A stretch of 64,000 nucleotides of DNA. Source: Escherichia coli. GTDB taxonomy: Bacteria > Pseudomonadota > Gammaproteobacteria > Enterobacterales > Enterobacteriaceae. Location of the stretch: assembly GCF_013122565.1 (NCBI RefSeq), contig NZ_CP053258.1; one strand, given 5' to 3'. The translations under genes and the position numbers were made by a program. Positions 32,662 to 45,107 of this stretch are shown here, piece by piece (the stretch's first letter is position 1; every line of letters starts with the position of its first letter). The notes under the pieces are model-generated. The model did not search any database and was not told where the DNA came from. It saw nothing but the letters and a program-made list of their open reading frames with translations.

Positions 32662-33853
32662 CTACCTGCTGCTGCCGCTGATCTACCTGCTGGTTAACGT
32701 CAAAATCGCCCAGCTTGGTGAAAGTTTCCCCATCACTATCGTCACTTTTTTACCTGTCTTGTTACTGCTGTTTTTAGAACGCATCAGCGTTAAAAAATTG
32801 ATGATTGCCTTAGGGATTGGTGCGGGACTCACGGCGTTTAACTATCTGTTTGGTCAGTCGCTGGATGCCAGTAAATACGTCACTTCAACCATGCTGTTTG
32901 TCTATATTGTGATCATTATTGGCATGGTGTGGAGTATTCGCTTTAAAACGATTTCGCCACACAACCATCGCAAGATATTACGTTTCTTTTATCTGGTGGT
33001 CGGGCTGGTGGTGGCGCTGGCGGCGGTGGAGATGGCGCAAATTATCCTCACCGGCGGCAGCAGTATTATGGAGTCGATTTCGAAATATCTGATTTACAGC
33101 AACAGCTATGTGCTGAATTTCATCAAATTCGGCGGCAAGCGCACGACAGCACTTTATTTCGAACCGGCATTTTTCGCTCTGGCATTAATCTCAATTTGGC
33201 TCAGCATCAAACAGTTTGGTATCAAAACGCCTAAAACCGATGCTATGATTCTCGCAGGGATAATATTATCCGGATCGTTTTCAGGGGTTATGGCCTTTAT
33301 CCTGTTTTATTTGCTGGAGTGGGCATTTCAATATCTGAATAAAGAGGCGATTAAGAAAAAGTTACCGTTAGCATTGATTTCTCTGGCTGTATTCCTGGTT
33401 GGTGTAGTAATTGCATTTCCTTATATTTCCACCCGTCTGGGCGATTTAGGTACGGAAGGATCGTCATCGTATTATCGTATTGTCGGTCCGCTGGTGATGG
33501 TCGGTTATTCTTTGACCCATATTGACGGTGTAGTCAGATTTGGCTCACTTTATGAATATGTCGCATCATTCGGAATATTTAACGGTGCGGATGTCGGAAA
33601 AACCATAGACAATGGTTTGTATCTGCTGATTATTTATTTTTCCTGGTTTGCGGTGTTTTTATCGCTGTGGTACATGGGGAAAGTGATAAAAATGATGATC
33701 AACGCTTTTGGTGATAACCGCAATTTTCGCGTGCAATTATATCTTTTTACTCCGGTATCGCTGTTTTTTACCGGTTCGATATTTAGCCCGGAATATGCAT
33801 TTTTAATCGTCTGTCCGTTTATTTTGCGAAAAGCGTTAAATATTACGAGGTAA
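32636..33853 (+). CDS. wcaD: Colanic acid polymerase WcaD (405 aa)
   Basis: Track ORF is 429 aa; start placed at the ATG at 32636 ([19 protein letters not shown]...), giving 405 aa; multi-TM Wzy-like protein. Confidence 0.8.
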   Translation: MSTSIRICSYLLLPLIYLLVNVKIAQLGESFPITIVTFLPVLLLLFLERISVKKLMIALGIGAGLTAFNYLFGQSLDASKYVTSTMLFVYIVIIIGMVWSIRFKTISPHNHRKILRFFYLVVGLVVALAAVEMAQIILTGGSSIMESISKYLIYSNSYVLNFIKFGGKRTTALYFEPAFFALALISIWLSIKQFGIKTPKTDAMILAGIILSGSFSGVMAFILFYLLEWAFQYLNKEAIKKKLPLALISLAVFLVGVVIAFPYISTRLGDLGTEGSSSYYRIVGPLVMVGYSLTHIDGVVRFGSLYEYVASFGIFNGADVGKTIDNGLYLLIIYFSWFAVFLSLWYMGKVIKMMINAFGDNRNFRVQLYLFTPVSLFFTGSIFSPEYAFLIVCPFILRKALNITR

Positions 33854-33863
33854 GAATAAGAAC

Positions 33864-34610
33864 ATGTTGCTTAGCATAATCACTGTCGCGTTTCGTAACC
33901 TCGAAGGGATAGTCAAAACACATGCCTCGCTGGCGCATCTGGCGCAGGCGGACGATATGAGCTTCGAATGGATTGTTGTCGATGGCGGTTCCAACGACGG
34001 TACCCGTGAGTATCTGGAAAATCTCAATGGTATCTATAACCTACGCTTTGTCAGCGAGCCAGATAACGGTATCTACGACGCCATGAACAAAGGCATTGCG
34101 ATGGCACAAGGCAAGTTCGCGTTGTTTCTCAATTCGGGCGATATTTTTCATCAGGATGCCGCAAATTTTGTCCGTAAGTTAAAAGTGCAAAAAGATAACG
34201 TGATGATCACCGGCGATGCGCTGCTGGATTTTGGCGACGGGCATAAAATTAAACGTAGCGCCAAACCGGGCTGGTATATTTATCACAGCCTGCCCGCCAG
34301 TCATCAGGCGATATTTTTCCCGGTATCCGGCTTGAAAAAATGGCGTTATGACCTGGAATATAAAGTTTCTTCTGATTACGCGCTGGCGGCCAAAATGTAT
34401 AAAGCCGGTTATGCATTTAAAAAACTCAATGGCCTGGTGTCTGAATTTTCTATGGGTGGGGTATCTACCACCAATAATATGGAATTGTGTGCTGACGCGA
34501 AAAAAGTCCAACGGCAAATATTACATGTGCCTGGCTTCTGGGCAGAATTATCCTGGCATTTACGCCAACGTACTACCTCAAAGACGAAAGCCTTATATAA
34601 CAAAAGCTGA
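33864..34610 (+). CDS. wcaE: Colanic acid glycosyltransferase WcaE (GT2 family, 248 aa)
   Basis: 248-aa ORF with GT2 motifs (SIITVAFRN...[10 protein letters not shown]). Confidence 0.85.
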   Translation: MLLSIITVAFRNLEGIVKTHASLAHLAQADDMSFEWIVVDGGSNDGTREYLENLNGIYNLRFVSEPDNGIYDAMNKGIAMAQGKFALFLNSGDIFHQDAANFVRKLKVQKDNVMITGDALLDFGDGHKIKRSAKPGWYIYHSLPASHQAIFFPVSGLKKWRYDLEYKVSSDYALAAKMYKAGYAFKKLNGLVSEFSMGGVSTTNNMELCADAKKVQRQILHVPGFWAELSWHLRQRTTSKTKALYNKS

Positions 34611-34625
34611 ATATAAGGGAAAACG

Positions 34626-35174
34626 ATGCAAGATTTAAGCGGTTTCTCGGTGCCGAAAGGGTTCCGGGGCAGCAATGCTATTAAAGTGCAATTGTGGTGG
34701 GCGGTACAGGCAACAATATTTGCCTGGTCGCCACAAGTATTGTATCGCTGGCGGGCATTTTTATTACGTTTATTCGGCGCAAAAATAGGAAAAAACGTAA
34801 TTATTCGTCCGTCAGTAAAAATTACCTATCCGTGGAAATTAACTTTAGGTGATTACGCGTGGGTCGGCGATGACGTCAATTTATATACCCTCGGTGAAAT
34901 AACCATTGGCGCACATTCGGTGATATCGCAAAAAAGTTATTTATGCACCGGGAGCCACGACCATGCAAGTCAACATTTCACCATTAACGCCACGCCTATT
35001 GTGATTGGCGAGAAATGCTGGCTGGCAACCGATGTTTTTGTTGCCCCAGGCGTCACGATTGGCGACGGCACCGTCGTGGGTGCACGAAGCAGTGTTTTTA
35101 AATCGCTTCCGGCAAATGTGGTTTGCCGGGGGAATCCTGCAGTGGTGATACGCGAACGCGTTGAAACTGAATAA
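34626..35174 (+). CDS. wcaF: Colanic acid acetyltransferase WcaF (182 aa)
   Basis: 182-aa ORF with left-handed beta-helix acyltransferase repeats. Confidence 0.85.
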   Translation: MQDLSGFSVPKGFRGSNAIKVQLWWAVQATIFAWSPQVLYRWRAFLLRLFGAKIGKNVIIRPSVKITYPWKLTLGDYAWVGDDVNLYTLGEITIGAHSVISQKSYLCTGSHDHASQHFTINATPIVIGEKCWLATDVFVAPGVTIGDGTVVGARSSVFKSLPANVVCRGNPAVVIRERVETE

Positions 35175-35200
35175 ATTCAAAAAATACAGAGGAATAAGAC

Positions 35201-36322
35201 ATGTCAAAAGTCGCTCTCATCACCGGTGTAACCGGACAAGACGGTTCTTACCTGGCAGAGTTTCTGCTGGAAAAAGGTTACGAGGTGCATGGTATTAAGC
35301 GTCGCGCATCGTCATTCAACACCGAGCGCGTGGATCATATTTATCAGGATCCGCACACCTGCAACCCGAAATTCCATCTGCATTATGGCGACCTGAGTGA
35401 TACCTCCAACCTGACGCGCATTTTGCGTGAAGTGCAGCCGGATGAAGTGTACAACCTGGGCGCAATGAGCCACGTTGCGGTTTCTTTTGAGTCACCGGAA
35501 TATACCGCTGACGTCGACGCGATGGGTACGCTGCGCCTGCTCGAGGCGATCCGCTTCCTCGGTCTGGAAAAGAAAACCCGTTTCTATCAGGCTTCCACCT
35601 CTGAACTGTATGGTCTGGTGCAGGAAATTCCGCAGAAAGAAACCACGCCGTTCTACCCGCGATCTCCGTATGCGGTCGCCAAACTGTACGCCTACTGGAT
35701 CACCGTTAACTACCGCGAATCCTACGGCATGTACGCCTGCAACGGTATTCTCTTCAACCATGAATCCCCGCGCCGTGGCGAAACCTTCGTTACCCGCAAA
35801 ATCACCCGCGCAATCGCCAACATCGCCCAGGGGCTGGAGTCGTGCCTGTACCTCGGCAATATGGATTCCCTGCGTGACTGGGGCCATGCCAAAGACTACG
35901 TAAAAATGCAGTGGATGATGCTGCAACAGGAACAGCCGGAAGATTTCGTTATCGCGACCGGCGTTCAGTACTCCGTACGTCAGTTCGTGGAAATGGCGGC
36001 AGCACAGCTGGGCATCAAACTGCGCTTTGAAGGCACGGGTGTTGAAGAGAAGGGCATTGTGGTTTCCGTCACCGGGCATGACGCGCCGGGCGTGAAACCG
36101 GGTGATGTGATTATCGCCGTTGACCCGCGTTACTTCCGTCCGGCTGAAGTTGAAACGCTGCTCGGCGACCCGACCAAAGCGCACGAAAAACTGGGCTGGA
36201 AACCGGAAATCACCCTCAGAGAGATGGTATCTGAAATGGTGGCTAATGACCTCGAAGCGGCGAAAAAACACTCTCTGCTGAAATCTCACGGCTACGACGT
36301 GGCGATCGCGCTGGAGTCATAA
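35201..36322 (+). CDS. gmd: GDP-mannose 4,6-dehydratase Gmd (373 aa)
   Basis: 373-aa ORF beginning [32 protein letters not shown]..., a short-chain dehydrogenase fold. Confidence 0.95.
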
Positions 36323-36324
36323 GC

Positions 36325-37290
36325 ATGAGTAAACAACGCATTTTTATTGCTGGCCATCGCGGGATGGTCGGTTCCGCCATCAGGCGGCAGCTCGAACAGC
36401 GCGGTGATGTGGAGCTGGTATTACGCACCCGCGATGAACTGAACCTGCTGGACAGCCGCGCGGTGCATGATTTCTTTGCCAGCGAAAGCATTGACCAGGT
36501 CTATCTGGCGGCGGCGAAAGTGGGCGGCATTGTTGCCAACAACACGTATCCGGCGGATTTCATCTATCAGAACATGATGATTGAGAGCAACATCATTCAC
36601 GCCGCGCATCAGAACGACGTGAACAAACTGCTGTTTCTCGGATCGTCCTGTATCTACCCCAAACTGGCAAAACAGCCGATGGCAGAAAGCGAGTTATTGC
36701 AGGGCACGCTGGAGCCGACCAACGAGCCTTACGCCATTGCCAAAATCGCCGGGATCAAACTGTGCGAATCTTACAACCGCCAGTATGGACGCGATTACCG
36801 CTCAGTCATGCCGACCAACCTGTATGGCCCGCATGACAACTTCCACCCGAGTAATTCGCATGTGATCCCTGCATTGCTGCGTCGCTTCCACGAGGCGACG
36901 GCACAGAATGCGCCGGACGTGGTGGTATGGGGCAGCGGTACACCGATGCGTGAATTCCTGCACGTCGATGATATGGCGGCGGCCAGCATTCACGTGATGG
37001 AGCTGGCGCACGAAGTCTGGCTGGAGAACACCCAGCCGATGCTGTCGCATATTAACGTCGGTACCGGTGTTGACTGCACTATCCGCGAGCTGGCGCAAAC
37101 CATCGCCAAAGTGGTGGGTTACAAAGGTCGGGTGGTTTTTGATGCCAGTAAACCGGATGGTACGCCGCGCAAACTGCTGGATGTGACGCGCCTGCATCAG
37201 CTTGGCTGGTATCACGAAATCTCACTGGAAGCGGGGCTTGCCAGCACTTACCAGTGGTTCCTTGAGAATCAAGACCGCTTTCGGGGGTAA
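36325..37290 (+). CDS. fcl: GDP-L-fucose synthase Fcl (WcaG), 321 aa
   Basis: 321-aa ORF beginning [23 protein letters not shown]...; immediately downstream of gmd. Confidence 0.95.
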   Translation: MSKQRIFIAGHRGMVGSAIRRQLEQRGDVELVLRTRDELNLLDSRAVHDFFASESIDQVYLAAAKVGGIVANNTYPADFIYQNMMIESNIIHAAHQNDVNKLLFLGSSCIYPKLAKQPMAESELLQGTLEPTNEPYAIAKIAGIKLCESYNRQYGRDYRSVMPTNLYGPHDNFHPSNSHVIPALLRRFHEATAQNAPDVVVWGSGTPMREFLHVDDMAAASIHVMELAHEVWLENTQPMLSHINVGTGVDCTIRELAQTIAKVVGYKGRVVFDASKPDGTPRKLLDVTRLHQLGWYHEISLEAGLASTYQWFLENQDRFRG

Positions 37291-37772
37291 TGATGTTTTT
37301 ACGTCAGGAAGACTTTGCCACGGTAGTGCGCTCCACACCGCTTGTCTCTCTCGACTTTATTGTCGAGAACAGTCGCGGCGAGTTTCTGCTTGGCAAAAGA
37401 ACCAACCGCCCGGCGCAGGGTTACTGGTTTGTGCCGGGAGGGCGCGTGCAGAAAGACGAAACGCTGGAAGCCGCATTTGAGCGGCTGACGATGGCGGAAC
37501 TGGGGCTGCGTCTGCCGATAACAGCAGGCCAGTTTTACGGTGTCTGGCAGCACTTTTATGACGATAACTTCTCCGGCAAGGATTTCACCACTCACTATGT
37601 GGTGCTCGGTTTTCGCTTCAGAGTCGCTGAAGAAGAGCTGTTACTGCCGGATGAGCAGCATGACGATTACCGCTGGCTGACGCCGGACGCACTGCTCGCC
37701 AGTGACAATGTTCACGCTAACAGCCGCGCCTATTTTCTCGCTGAGAAGCGTGCCGGAGTACCCGGATTATGA
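37290..37772 (+). CDS. gmm: GDP-mannose mannosyl hydrolase Gmm (WcaH/NudD), Nudix family (160 aa)
   Basis: 160-aa ORF with a Nudix-like region; overlaps the fcl stop and the wcaI start. Confidence 0.85.
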   Translation: MMFLRQEDFATVVRSTPLVSLDFIVENSRGEFLLGKRTNRPAQGYWFVPGGRVQKDETLEAAFERLTMAELGLRLPITAGQFYGVWQHFYDDNFSGKDFTTHYVVLGFRFRVAEEELLLPDEQHDDYRWLTPDALLASDNVHANSRAYFLAEKRAGVPGL

Positions 37773-38992
37773 AAATACTGGTCTACGGCATTAACTACTC
37801 GCCGGAGTTAACCGGCATCGGCAAATACACCGGCGAGATGGTGGAATGGCTGGCGGCACAAGGTCATGAGGTGCGGGTCATTACCGCACCGCCTTACTAC
37901 CCGCAGTGGCAGGTGGGCGAGAACTATTCCGCCTGGCGGTACAAACGAGAAGAGGGGGCCGCTACGGTGTGGCGCTGCCCGCTGTACGTGCCAAAACAGC
38001 CGAGCACCCTGAAACGCCTGTTGCATCTCGGCAGTTTTGCCGTCAGCAGTTTTTTCCCGTTGATGGCGCAACGTCGCTGGAAGCCGGATCGTATTATCGG
38101 CGTGGTGCCAACGCTGTTTTGCACGCCGGGAATGCGCCTGCTGGCGAAACTCTCTGGTGCGCGTACCGTGCTGCATATTCAGGATTACGAAGTGGACGCC
38201 ATGCTGGGGCTGGGCCTTGCCGGAAAAGGCAAAGGCGGCAAAGTGGCACAGCTGGCAACGGCGTTCGAACGTAGCGGACTGCATAACGTCGATAACGTCT
38301 CCACGATTTCGCGTTCGATGATGAATAAAGCCATCGAAAAAGGCGTGGTGGCGGAAAACGTCATCTTCTTCCCCAACTGGTCGGAAATTGCCCGTTTTCA
38401 GCATGTTGCAGATGCCGATGTTGATGCCCTTCGTAACCAGCTTGGCCTGCCGGATAACAAAAAAATCATTCTTTACTCCGGCAATATTGGTGAAAAGCAG
38501 GGGCTGGAAAACGTTATTGAAGCTGCCGATCGCCTGCGCGATGAACCGCTGATTTTTGCCATTGTCGGGCAGGGCGGCGGCAAAGCGCGGCTGGAAAAAA
38601 TGGCGCAACAGCGTGGTCTGCGCAACATGCAATTTTTTCCGCTGCAATCGTATGACGCTTTACCCGCACTGCTGAAGATGGGCGATTGCCATCTGGTGGT
38701 GCAAAAACGCGGCGCGGCAGATGCCGTATTGCCGTCGAAACTGACCAATATTCTGGCGGTAGGCGGTAACGCGGTGATTACCGCAGAGGCCCACACAGAA
38801 CTGGGACAGCTTTGCGAAACCTTTCCGGGCATTGCGGTTTGCGTTGAACCAGAATCGGTCGAGGCGCTGGTGGCGGGGATCCGTCAGGCGCTCCTGCTGC
38901 CCAAACACAACACGGTGGCACGTGAATATGCCGAACGCACGCTCGATAAAGAGAACGTGTTACGTCAATTTATAAATGATATTCGGGGATAA
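37769..38992 (+). CDS. wcaI: Colanic acid glycosyltransferase WcaI (407 aa)
   Basis: 407-aa GT1-like ORF beginning [24 protein letters not shown]... Confidence 0.85.
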   Translation: MKILVYGINYSPELTGIGKYTGEMVEWLAAQGHEVRVITAPPYYPQWQVGENYSAWRYKREEGAATVWRCPLYVPKQPSTLKRLLHLGSFAVSSFFPLMAQRRWKPDRIIGVVPTLFCTPGMRLLAKLSGARTVLHIQDYEVDAMLGLGLAGKGKGGKVAQLATAFERSGLHNVDNVSTISRSMMNKAIEKGVVAENVIFFPNWSEIARFQHVADADVDALRNQLGLPDNKKIILYSGNIGEKQGLENVIEAADRLRDEPLIFAIVGQGGGKARLEKMAQQRGLRNMQFFPLQSYDALPALLKMGDCHLVVQKRGAADAVLPSKLTNILAVGGNAVITAEAHTELGQLCETFPGIAVCVEPESVEALVAGIRQALLLPKHNTVAREYAERTLDKENVLRQFINDIRG

Positions 38993-38994
38993 TT

Positions 38995-40431
38995 ATGGCG
39001 CAGTCGAAACTCTATCCAGTTGTGATGGCAGGTGGCTCCGGTAGCCGCTTATGGCCGCTTTCCCGCGTACTTTACCCCAAGCAGTTTTTATGCCTGAAAG
39101 GCGATCTCACCATGCTGCAAACCACCATCTGCCGCCTGAACGGCGTGGAGTGCGAAAGCCCGGTGGTGATTTGCAATGAGCAGCACCGCTTTATTGTCGC
39201 GGAACAGCTGCGCCAACTGAACAAACTCACCGAGAACATTATTCTCGAACCAGCAGGGCGTAACACTGCACCAGCCATTGCGCTGGCGGCGCTGGCGGCA
39301 AAACGTCATAGCCCGGAGAGCGACCCGTTAATGCTGGTATTGGCGGCGGATCATGTGATTGCCGATGAAGACGCGTTCCGTGCCGCCGTGCGTAATGCCA
39401 TGCCATATGCCGAAGCGGGCAAGCTGGTGACCTTCGGCATTGTGCCGGATCTACCAGAAACCGGTTATGGCTATATTCGTCGCGGTGAAGTATCTGCGGG
39501 CGAGCAGGATACGGTGGCCTTTGAAGTGGCGCAGTTTGTCGAAAAACCGAATCTGGAAACCGCCCAGGCCTATGTGGCAAGTGGCGAATATTACTGGAAC
39601 AGCGGCATGTTCCTGTTCCGCGCCGGACGCTATCTCGAAGAACTGAAAAAATATCGCCCGGATATTCTCGATGCCTGTGAAAAAGCGATGAGCGCCGTCG
39701 ATCCGGATCTTGATTTTATTCGTGTGGATGAAGAAGCGTTTCTCGCCTGCCCGGAAGAGTCGGTGGATTACGCGGTCATGGAACGTACGGCAGATGCCGT
39801 TGTGGTGCCGATGGATGCGGGCTGGAGCGATGTCGGTTCCTGGTCTTCATTATGGGAGATCAGCGCCCACACCGCCGAGGGCAACGTTTGCCATGGCGAT
39901 GTGATTAATCACAAAACTGAAAACAGCTATGTGTACGCCGAATCTGGCCTGGTCACCACCGTCGGGGTGAAAGATCTGGTGGTGGTGCAGACCAAAGATG
40001 CGGTGCTGATTGCCGACCGCAACGCGGTGCAGGATGTGAAAAAAGTGGTCGAGCAGATCAAAGCCGATGGTCGCCATGAGCATCGGGTGCATCGCGAAGT
40101 CTATCGCCCGTGGGGCAAATATGACTCTATCGACGCGGGCGACCGCTACCAGGTGAAACGCATCACCGTGAAACCGGGCGAGGGTTTGTCGGTACAGATG
40201 CACCATCACCGCGCGGAACACTGGGTGGTGGTTGCGGGAACGGCAAAAGTCACCATTGACGGTGATATCAAACTGCTTGGTGAAAACGAGTCCATTTATA
40301 TTCCGCTGGGGGCGACGCACTGCCTGGAAAACCCGGGGAAAATTCCGCTCGATTTAATTGAAGTGCGCTCCGGCTCTTATCTCGAAGAGGATGATGTGGT
40401 GCGCTTCGCGGATCGCTACGGACGGGTGTAG
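38995..40431 (+). CDS. cpsB: Mannose-1-phosphate guanylyltransferase CpsB (ManC), 478 aa
   Basis: 478-aa ORF beginning [24 protein letters not shown]... with a C-terminal cupin/isomerase-like domain. Confidence 0.9.
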   Translation: MAQSKLYPVVMAGGSGSRLWPLSRVLYPKQFLCLKGDLTMLQTTICRLNGVECESPVVICNEQHRFIVAEQLRQLNKLTENIILEPAGRNTAPAIALAALAAKRHSPESDPLMLVLAADHVIADEDAFRAAVRNAMPYAEAGKLVTFGIVPDLPETGYGYIRRGEVSAGEQDTVAFEVAQFVEKPNLETAQAYVASGEYYWNSGMFLFRAGRYLEELKKYRPDILDACEKAMSAVDPDLDFIRVDEEAFLACPEESVDYAVMERTADAVVVPMDAGWSDVGSWSSLWEISAHTAEGNVCHGDVINHKTENSYVYAESGLVTTVGVKDLVVVQTKDAVLIADRNAVQDVKKVVEQIKADGRHEHRVHREVYRPWGKYDSIDAGDRYQVKRITVKPGEGLSVQMHHHRAEHWVVVAGTAKVTIDGDIKLLGENESIYIPLGATHCLENPGKIPLDLIEVRSGSYLEEDDVVRFADRYGRV

Positions 40432-40532
40432 TAGTTGAATAATCAACCGGAATAAATCTCCGGCAAATAACGACAAAAACAAAATTGGCCGCTTCGGTCA
40501 GGGCCAACTATTGCCTGAAAAAGGGTAACGAC

Positions 40533-41903
40533 ATGAAAAAATTAACCTGCTTTAAAGCCTATGATATTCGCGGGAAATTAGGCGAAGAACTGAATGAAGA
40601 TATTGCCTGGCGCATTGGTCGTGCCTATGGCGAATTTCTCAAACCGAAAACCATTGTGTTAGGCGGTGATGTCCGCCTCACCAGCGAAACCTTAAAACTG
40701 GCGCTGGCAAAAGGTTTACAGGATGCGGGCGTCGATGTGCTGGATATCGGCATGTCCGGCACCGAAGAGATCTATTTCGCCACGTTCCATCTCGGCGTGG
40801 ATGGCGGCATTGAAGTTACTGCCAGCCATAATCCGATGGATTACAACGGCATGAAACTGGTGCGCGAAGGGGCTCGCCCGATCAGCGGGGATACCGGACT
40901 GCGCGATGTCCAGCGTCTGGCAGAAGCCAACGACTTTCCTCCCGTCGATGAAACCAAACGCGGTCGCTATCAGCAAATCAATCTGCGTGACGCTTACGTT
41001 GATCACCTGTTCGGTTATATCAACGTCAAAAACCTCACGCCGCTCAAGCTGGTGATCAACTCCGGGAACGGCGCAGCGGGTCCAGTAGTGGACGCCATTG
41101 AAGCCCGCTTTAAAGCCCTCGGCGCGCCCGTGGAATTAATCAAAGTACACAACACACCGGACGGCAATTTCCCCAACGGTATTCCTAACCCGCTGCTGCC
41201 GGAATGCCGCGACGACACCCGTAATGCGGTCATCAAACACGGCGCGGATATGGGCATTGCCTTTGACGGTGATTTTGATCGCTGTTTCCTGTTTGACGAA
41301 AAAGGGCAGTTTATCGAGGGCTACTACATTGTCGGCCTGCTGGCAGAAGCGTTCCTCGAAAAAAATCCCGGCGCGAAGATCATCCACGATCCACGTCTCT
41401 CCTGGAACACCGTTGATGTGGTGACTGCCGCAGGCGGCACCCCGGTAATGTCGAAAACCGGACACGCCTTTATTAAAGAACGTATGCGCAAGGAGGACGC
41501 CATCTACGGTGGCGAAATGAGCGCCCACCATTACTTCCGTGATTTCGCTTACTGCGACAGCGGCATGATCCCGTGGCTGCTGGTCGCCGAACTGGTGTGT
41601 CTGAAAGGAAAAACGCTGGGTGAACTGGTGCGCGACCGGATGGCAGCGTTTCCGGCAAGCGGTGAGATCAACAGCAAACTGGCGCAACCCGTTGAGGCGA
41701 TTAACCGCGTGGAACAGCATTTTAGCCGTGAGGCGCTGGCGGTGGATCGTACCGATGGTATCAGCATGACCTTTGCTGACTGGCGCTTTAACCTGCGCTC
41801 CTCCAACACCGAACCGGTGGTGCGGTTGAATGTGGAATCGCGCGGTGATGTGCCGCTGATGGAAGCGCGAACGCGAACTCTGCTGACGTTGCTGAACGAG
41901 TAA
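40533..41903 (+). CDS. cpsG: Phosphomannomutase CpsG (ManB), 456 aa
   Basis: Track ORF is 472 aa; start placed at the ATG at 40533 ([17 protein letters not shown]...); phosphohexomutase active-site region TASHNP present. Confidence 0.9.
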   Translation: MKKLTCFKAYDIRGKLGEELNEDIAWRIGRAYGEFLKPKTIVLGGDVRLTSETLKLALAKGLQDAGVDVLDIGMSGTEEIYFATFHLGVDGGIEVTASHNPMDYNGMKLVREGARPISGDTGLRDVQRLAEANDFPPVDETKRGRYQQINLRDAYVDHLFGYINVKNLTPLKLVINSGNGAAGPVVDAIEARFKALGAPVELIKVHNTPDGNFPNGIPNPLLPECRDDTRNAVIKHGADMGIAFDGDFDRCFLFDEKGQFIEGYYIVGLLAEAFLEKNPGAKIIHDPRLSWNTVDVVTAAGGTPVMSKTGHAFIKERMRKEDAIYGGEMSAHHYFRDFAYCDSGMIPWLLVAELVCLKGKTLGELVRDRMAAFPASGEINSKLAQPVEAINRVEQHFSREALAVDRTDGISMTFADWRFNLRSSNTEPVVRLNVESRGDVPLMEARTRTLLTLLNE

Positions 41904-41957
41904 TGTCGGATCTTCCCTTACCCCACTGCGGGTAAGGGGCTAATAACAGGAACAACG

Positions 41958-43352
41958 ATGACAAATCTAAAAAAGCGCGAGCGAGCGAAAACCAATGCAT
42001 CGTTAATCTCTATGGTGCAACGCTTTTCAGATATCACCATCATGTTTGCCGGACTATGGCTGGTTTGCGAAGTCAGCGGACTGTCATTCCTCTACATGCA
42101 CCTGTTGGTGGCGCTGATTACGCTGGTGGTGTTCCAGATGCTGGGCGGCATCACCGATTTTTATCGCTCATGGCGCGGTGTTCGGGCAGCGACAGAATTT
42201 GCCCTGCTGCTACAAAACTGGACCTTAAGCGTGATTTTCAGCGCCGGACTGGTGGCGTTCAACAATGATTTCGACACGCAACTGAAAATCTGGCTGGCGT
42301 GGTATGGGCTGACCAGTATCGGACTGGTGGTTTGCCGTTCATGTATTCGTATTGGTGCGGGCTGGCTGCGTAATCATGGCTATAACAAGCGCATGGTCGC
42401 GGTGGCGGGGGATTTAGCCGCCGGACAAATGCTGATGGAGAGCTTCCGTAATCAGCCGTGGTTAGGGTTTGAAGTGGTGGGCGTATACCATGACCCAAAA
42501 CCGGGCGGCGTTTCTAACGACTGGGCGGGCAATCTGCAACAGCTGGTCGAGGACGCGAAAGCGGGCAAGATTCATAACGTCTATATCGCGATGCAAATGT
42601 GCGACGGCGCGCGAGTGAAAAAACTGGTCCATCAATTGGCGGACACCACCTGTTCGGTGCTGCTGATCCCCGATGTCTTTACCTTCAACATTCTCCATTC
42701 ACGTCTTGAAGAGATGAACGGCGTTCCGGTGGTGCCGCTTTACGACACGCCGCTTTCCGGGGTTAACCGCCTGCTCAAACGTGCGGAAGACATTGTGCTG
42801 GCGACGCTTATCCTGCTGCTGATCTCCCCGGTGCTGTGCTGTATTGCGCTGGCGGTGAAACTCAGTTCACCAGGGCCGGTTATTTTCCGCCAGACTCGCT
42901 ATGGCATGGATGGCAAGCCGATCAAAGTGTGGAAGTTTCGTTCCATGAAAGTGATGGAGAACGACAAAGTGGTGACCCAGGCGACGCAGAACGATCCGCG
43001 CGTCACCAAAGTGGGGAACTTTCTGCGCCGCACCTCGCTGGATGAATTGCCGCAGTTTATCAATGTGCTGACCGGCGGGATGTCGATTGTCGGGCCACGT
43101 CCGCACGCAGTAGCGCATAACGAACAGTATCGACAGCTCATTGAAGGCTACATGCTGCGCCATAAGGTGAAACCGGGCATTACCGGCTGGGCGCAGATTA
43201 ACGGCTGGCGCGGCGAAACCGACACGCTGGAGAAAATGGAAAAACGCGTCGAGTTCGACCTTGAGTACATCCGCGAATGGAGCGTCTGGTTCGATATCAA
43301 AATCGTTTTCCTGACGGTATTCAAAGGCTTCGTTAACAAAGCGGCATATTGA
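41958..43352 (+). CDS. wcaJ: Undecaprenyl-phosphate glucose phosphotransferase WcaJ (464 aa)
   Basis: 464-aa ORF with an N-terminal TM region and a C-terminal sugar-phosphotransferase domain (IVGPRPHA...KPGITGWAQ). Confidence 0.9.
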   Translation: MTNLKKRERAKTNASLISMVQRFSDITIMFAGLWLVCEVSGLSFLYMHLLVALITLVVFQMLGGITDFYRSWRGVRAATEFALLLQNWTLSVIFSAGLVAFNNDFDTQLKIWLAWYGLTSIGLVVCRSCIRIGAGWLRNHGYNKRMVAVAGDLAAGQMLMESFRNQPWLGFEVVGVYHDPKPGGVSNDWAGNLQQLVEDAKAGKIHNVYIAMQMCDGARVKKLVHQLADTTCSVLLIPDVFTFNILHSRLEEMNGVPVVPLYDTPLSGVNRLLKRAEDIVLATLILLLISPVLCCIALAVKLSSPGPVIFRQTRYGMDGKPIKVWKFRSMKVMENDKVVTQATQNDPRVTKVGNFLRRTSLDELPQFINVLTGGMSIVGPRPHAVAHNEQYRQLIEGYMLRHKVKPGITGWAQINGWRGETDTLEKMEKRVEFDLEYIREWSVWFDIKIVFLTVFKGFVNKAAY

Positions 43353-43353
43353 T

Positions 43354-44832
43354 ATGAGCTTACGTGAAAAAACCATCAGCGGCGCGAAGTGGTCGGCGAT
43401 TGCCACGGTGATCATCATCGGTCTCGGGCTGGTGCAGATGACCGTGCTGGCGCGGATCATCGACAACCACCAGTTCGGTTTGCTTACCGTGTCGCTGGTG
43501 ATTATCGCGCTGGCAGATACGCTTTCTGACTTCGGTATCGCTAACTCGATTATTCAGCGAAAAGAAATCAGCCACCTTGAACTCACCACGTTGTACTGGC
43601 TGAACGTCGGGCTGGGGCTTGTGGTGTGCGTGGCGGTGTTTTTGTTGAGTGATCTCATCGGCGACGTGCTGAACAACCCGGACCTGGCACCGTTGATTAA
43701 AACATTGTCGCTGGCGTTTGTGGTTATCCCCCACGGGCAACAGTTCCGCGCGTTGATGCAAAAAGAGCTGGAGTTCAACAAAATCGGTATGATCGAAACC
43801 AGCGCGGTGCTGGCGGGCTTTACTTTTACGGTGGTTAGCGCCCATTTCTGGCCGCTGGCGATGACCGCGATCCTCGGTTATCTGGTCAATAGTGCGGTAA
43901 GAACGCTGCTATTTGGCTACTTTGGCCGCAAAATTTATCGACCCGGTCTGCATTTCTCGCTGGCGTCGGTGGCACCGAACTTACGCTTTGGTGCCTGGCT
44001 GACGGCGGACAGCATCATCAACTATATCAACACCAACCTTTCAACGCTGGTGCTGGCGCGTATTCTCGGCGCGGGCGTGGCTGGGGGGTACAACCTGGCG
44101 TACAACGTGGCCGTTGTGCCGCCGATGAAACTGAACCCCATCATCACCCGAGTGTTGTTTCCGGCATTCGCCAAAATTCAGGACGATAACGAAAAGCTGC
44201 GCGTTAACTTCTACAAGCTGCTGTCGGTAGTGGGGATTATCAACTTTCCGGCGCTGCTGGGGCTGATGGTGGTGTCGAATAATTTTGTACCGCTGGTATT
44301 TGGTGAGAAGTGGAGCAGTATTATTCCGGTGCTGCAATTGCTGTGTGTGGTGGGGCTACTGCGCTCAGTGGGTAACCCGATTGGTTCGCTGCTGATGGCG
44401 AAAGCGCGGGTCGATATCAGCTTTAAATTCAACGTATTCAAAACCTTTCTGTTTATTCCGGCGATTGTTATTGGTGGGCAGATGGCGGGCGCAATCGGCG
44501 TCACGCTCGGTTTCCTGCTGGTGCAGATTATCAACACCATTCTGAGTTACTTCGTGATGATTAAACCGGTGCTCGGTTCCAGTTATCGCCAGTACATCCT
44601 GAGTTTATGGCTGCCGTTTTATCTCTCGCTGCTGACGCTGGTGGTCAGTTATGCACTGGGCATTGTGCTGAAAGGCCAACTGGCGCTGGGGATGCTGCTG
44701 GCGGTGCAAATAGCCGCGGGCGTGCTGGCGTTTGTGGTGATGATTGTGCTGTCGCGCCATCCGCTGGTGGTGGAAGTGAAGCGTCAGTTTTGTCGCAGCG
44801 AAAAAATGAAAATGCTTTTACGGGCGGGGTGA
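43354..44832 (+). CDS. wzxC: Colanic acid repeat-unit flippase WzxC (492 aa)
   Basis: 492-aa multi-TM ORF of the polysaccharide biosynthesis (Wzx) type. Confidence 0.85.
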   Translation: MSLREKTISGAKWSAIATVIIIGLGLVQMTVLARIIDNHQFGLLTVSLVIIALADTLSDFGIANSIIQRKEISHLELTTLYWLNVGLGLVVCVAVFLLSDLIGDVLNNPDLAPLIKTLSLAFVVIPHGQQFRALMQKELEFNKIGMIETSAVLAGFTFTVVSAHFWPLAMTAILGYLVNSAVRTLLFGYFGRKIYRPGLHFSLASVAPNLRFGAWLTADSIINYINTNLSTLVLARILGAGVAGGYNLAYNVAVVPPMKLNPIITRVLFPAFAKIQDDNEKLRVNFYKLLSVVGIINFPALLGLMVVSNNFVPLVFGEKWSSIIPVLQLLCVVGLLRSVGNPIGSLLMAKARVDISFKFNVFKTFLFIPAIVIGGQMAGAIGVTLGFLLVQIINTILSYFVMIKPVLGSSYRQYILSLWLPFYLSLLTLVVSYALGIVLKGQLALGMLLAVQIAAGVLAFVVMIVLSRHPLVVEVKRQFCRSEKMKMLLRAG

Positions 44833-44849
44833 GTTGTTGTTTTCGGTTC

Positions 44850-45047
44850 CGACAACGGTTGCCGGGTGCAGCGTAAAACGCCTTATCCATCCTACGGTTC
44901 TGTGCTCGGGACCTGTAGGCCTGATAAGACGCGTCAGCGTCGCATCAGGCACTGAATGCCGGATGCGGCGTGAACGCCTTATCCGTCCTACGTCTCTGTG
45001 CTCGGGACCTGTAGGCCTGATAAGACGCGTCAGCGTCGCATCAGGCA
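44850..45047. repeat. BIME/REP cluster: two direct ~70-bp copies separated by a PU-type REP
   Basis: CCTTATCC(A/G)TCCTACG...TGTGCTCGGGACCTGTAGGCCTGATAAGACGCGTCAGCGTCGCATCAGGC occurs twice, separated by GCCGGATGCGGCGTGAACGCCTTATCCG. Confidence 0.8.
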
Positions 45048-45107
45048 AAAAACGGCAACGAACACAACAAACACAGCCTCACCTGGCATCAAATTTATGA
45101 GGAAAAA

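Noticed and set aside
44818-45100. ORFs 44834..45100 (plus) and 44818..45048 (minus) between wzxC and wcaK
   Set aside because: They span a REP/BIME cluster and their translations are repetitive, reflecting the two direct REP copies; they are not genes.
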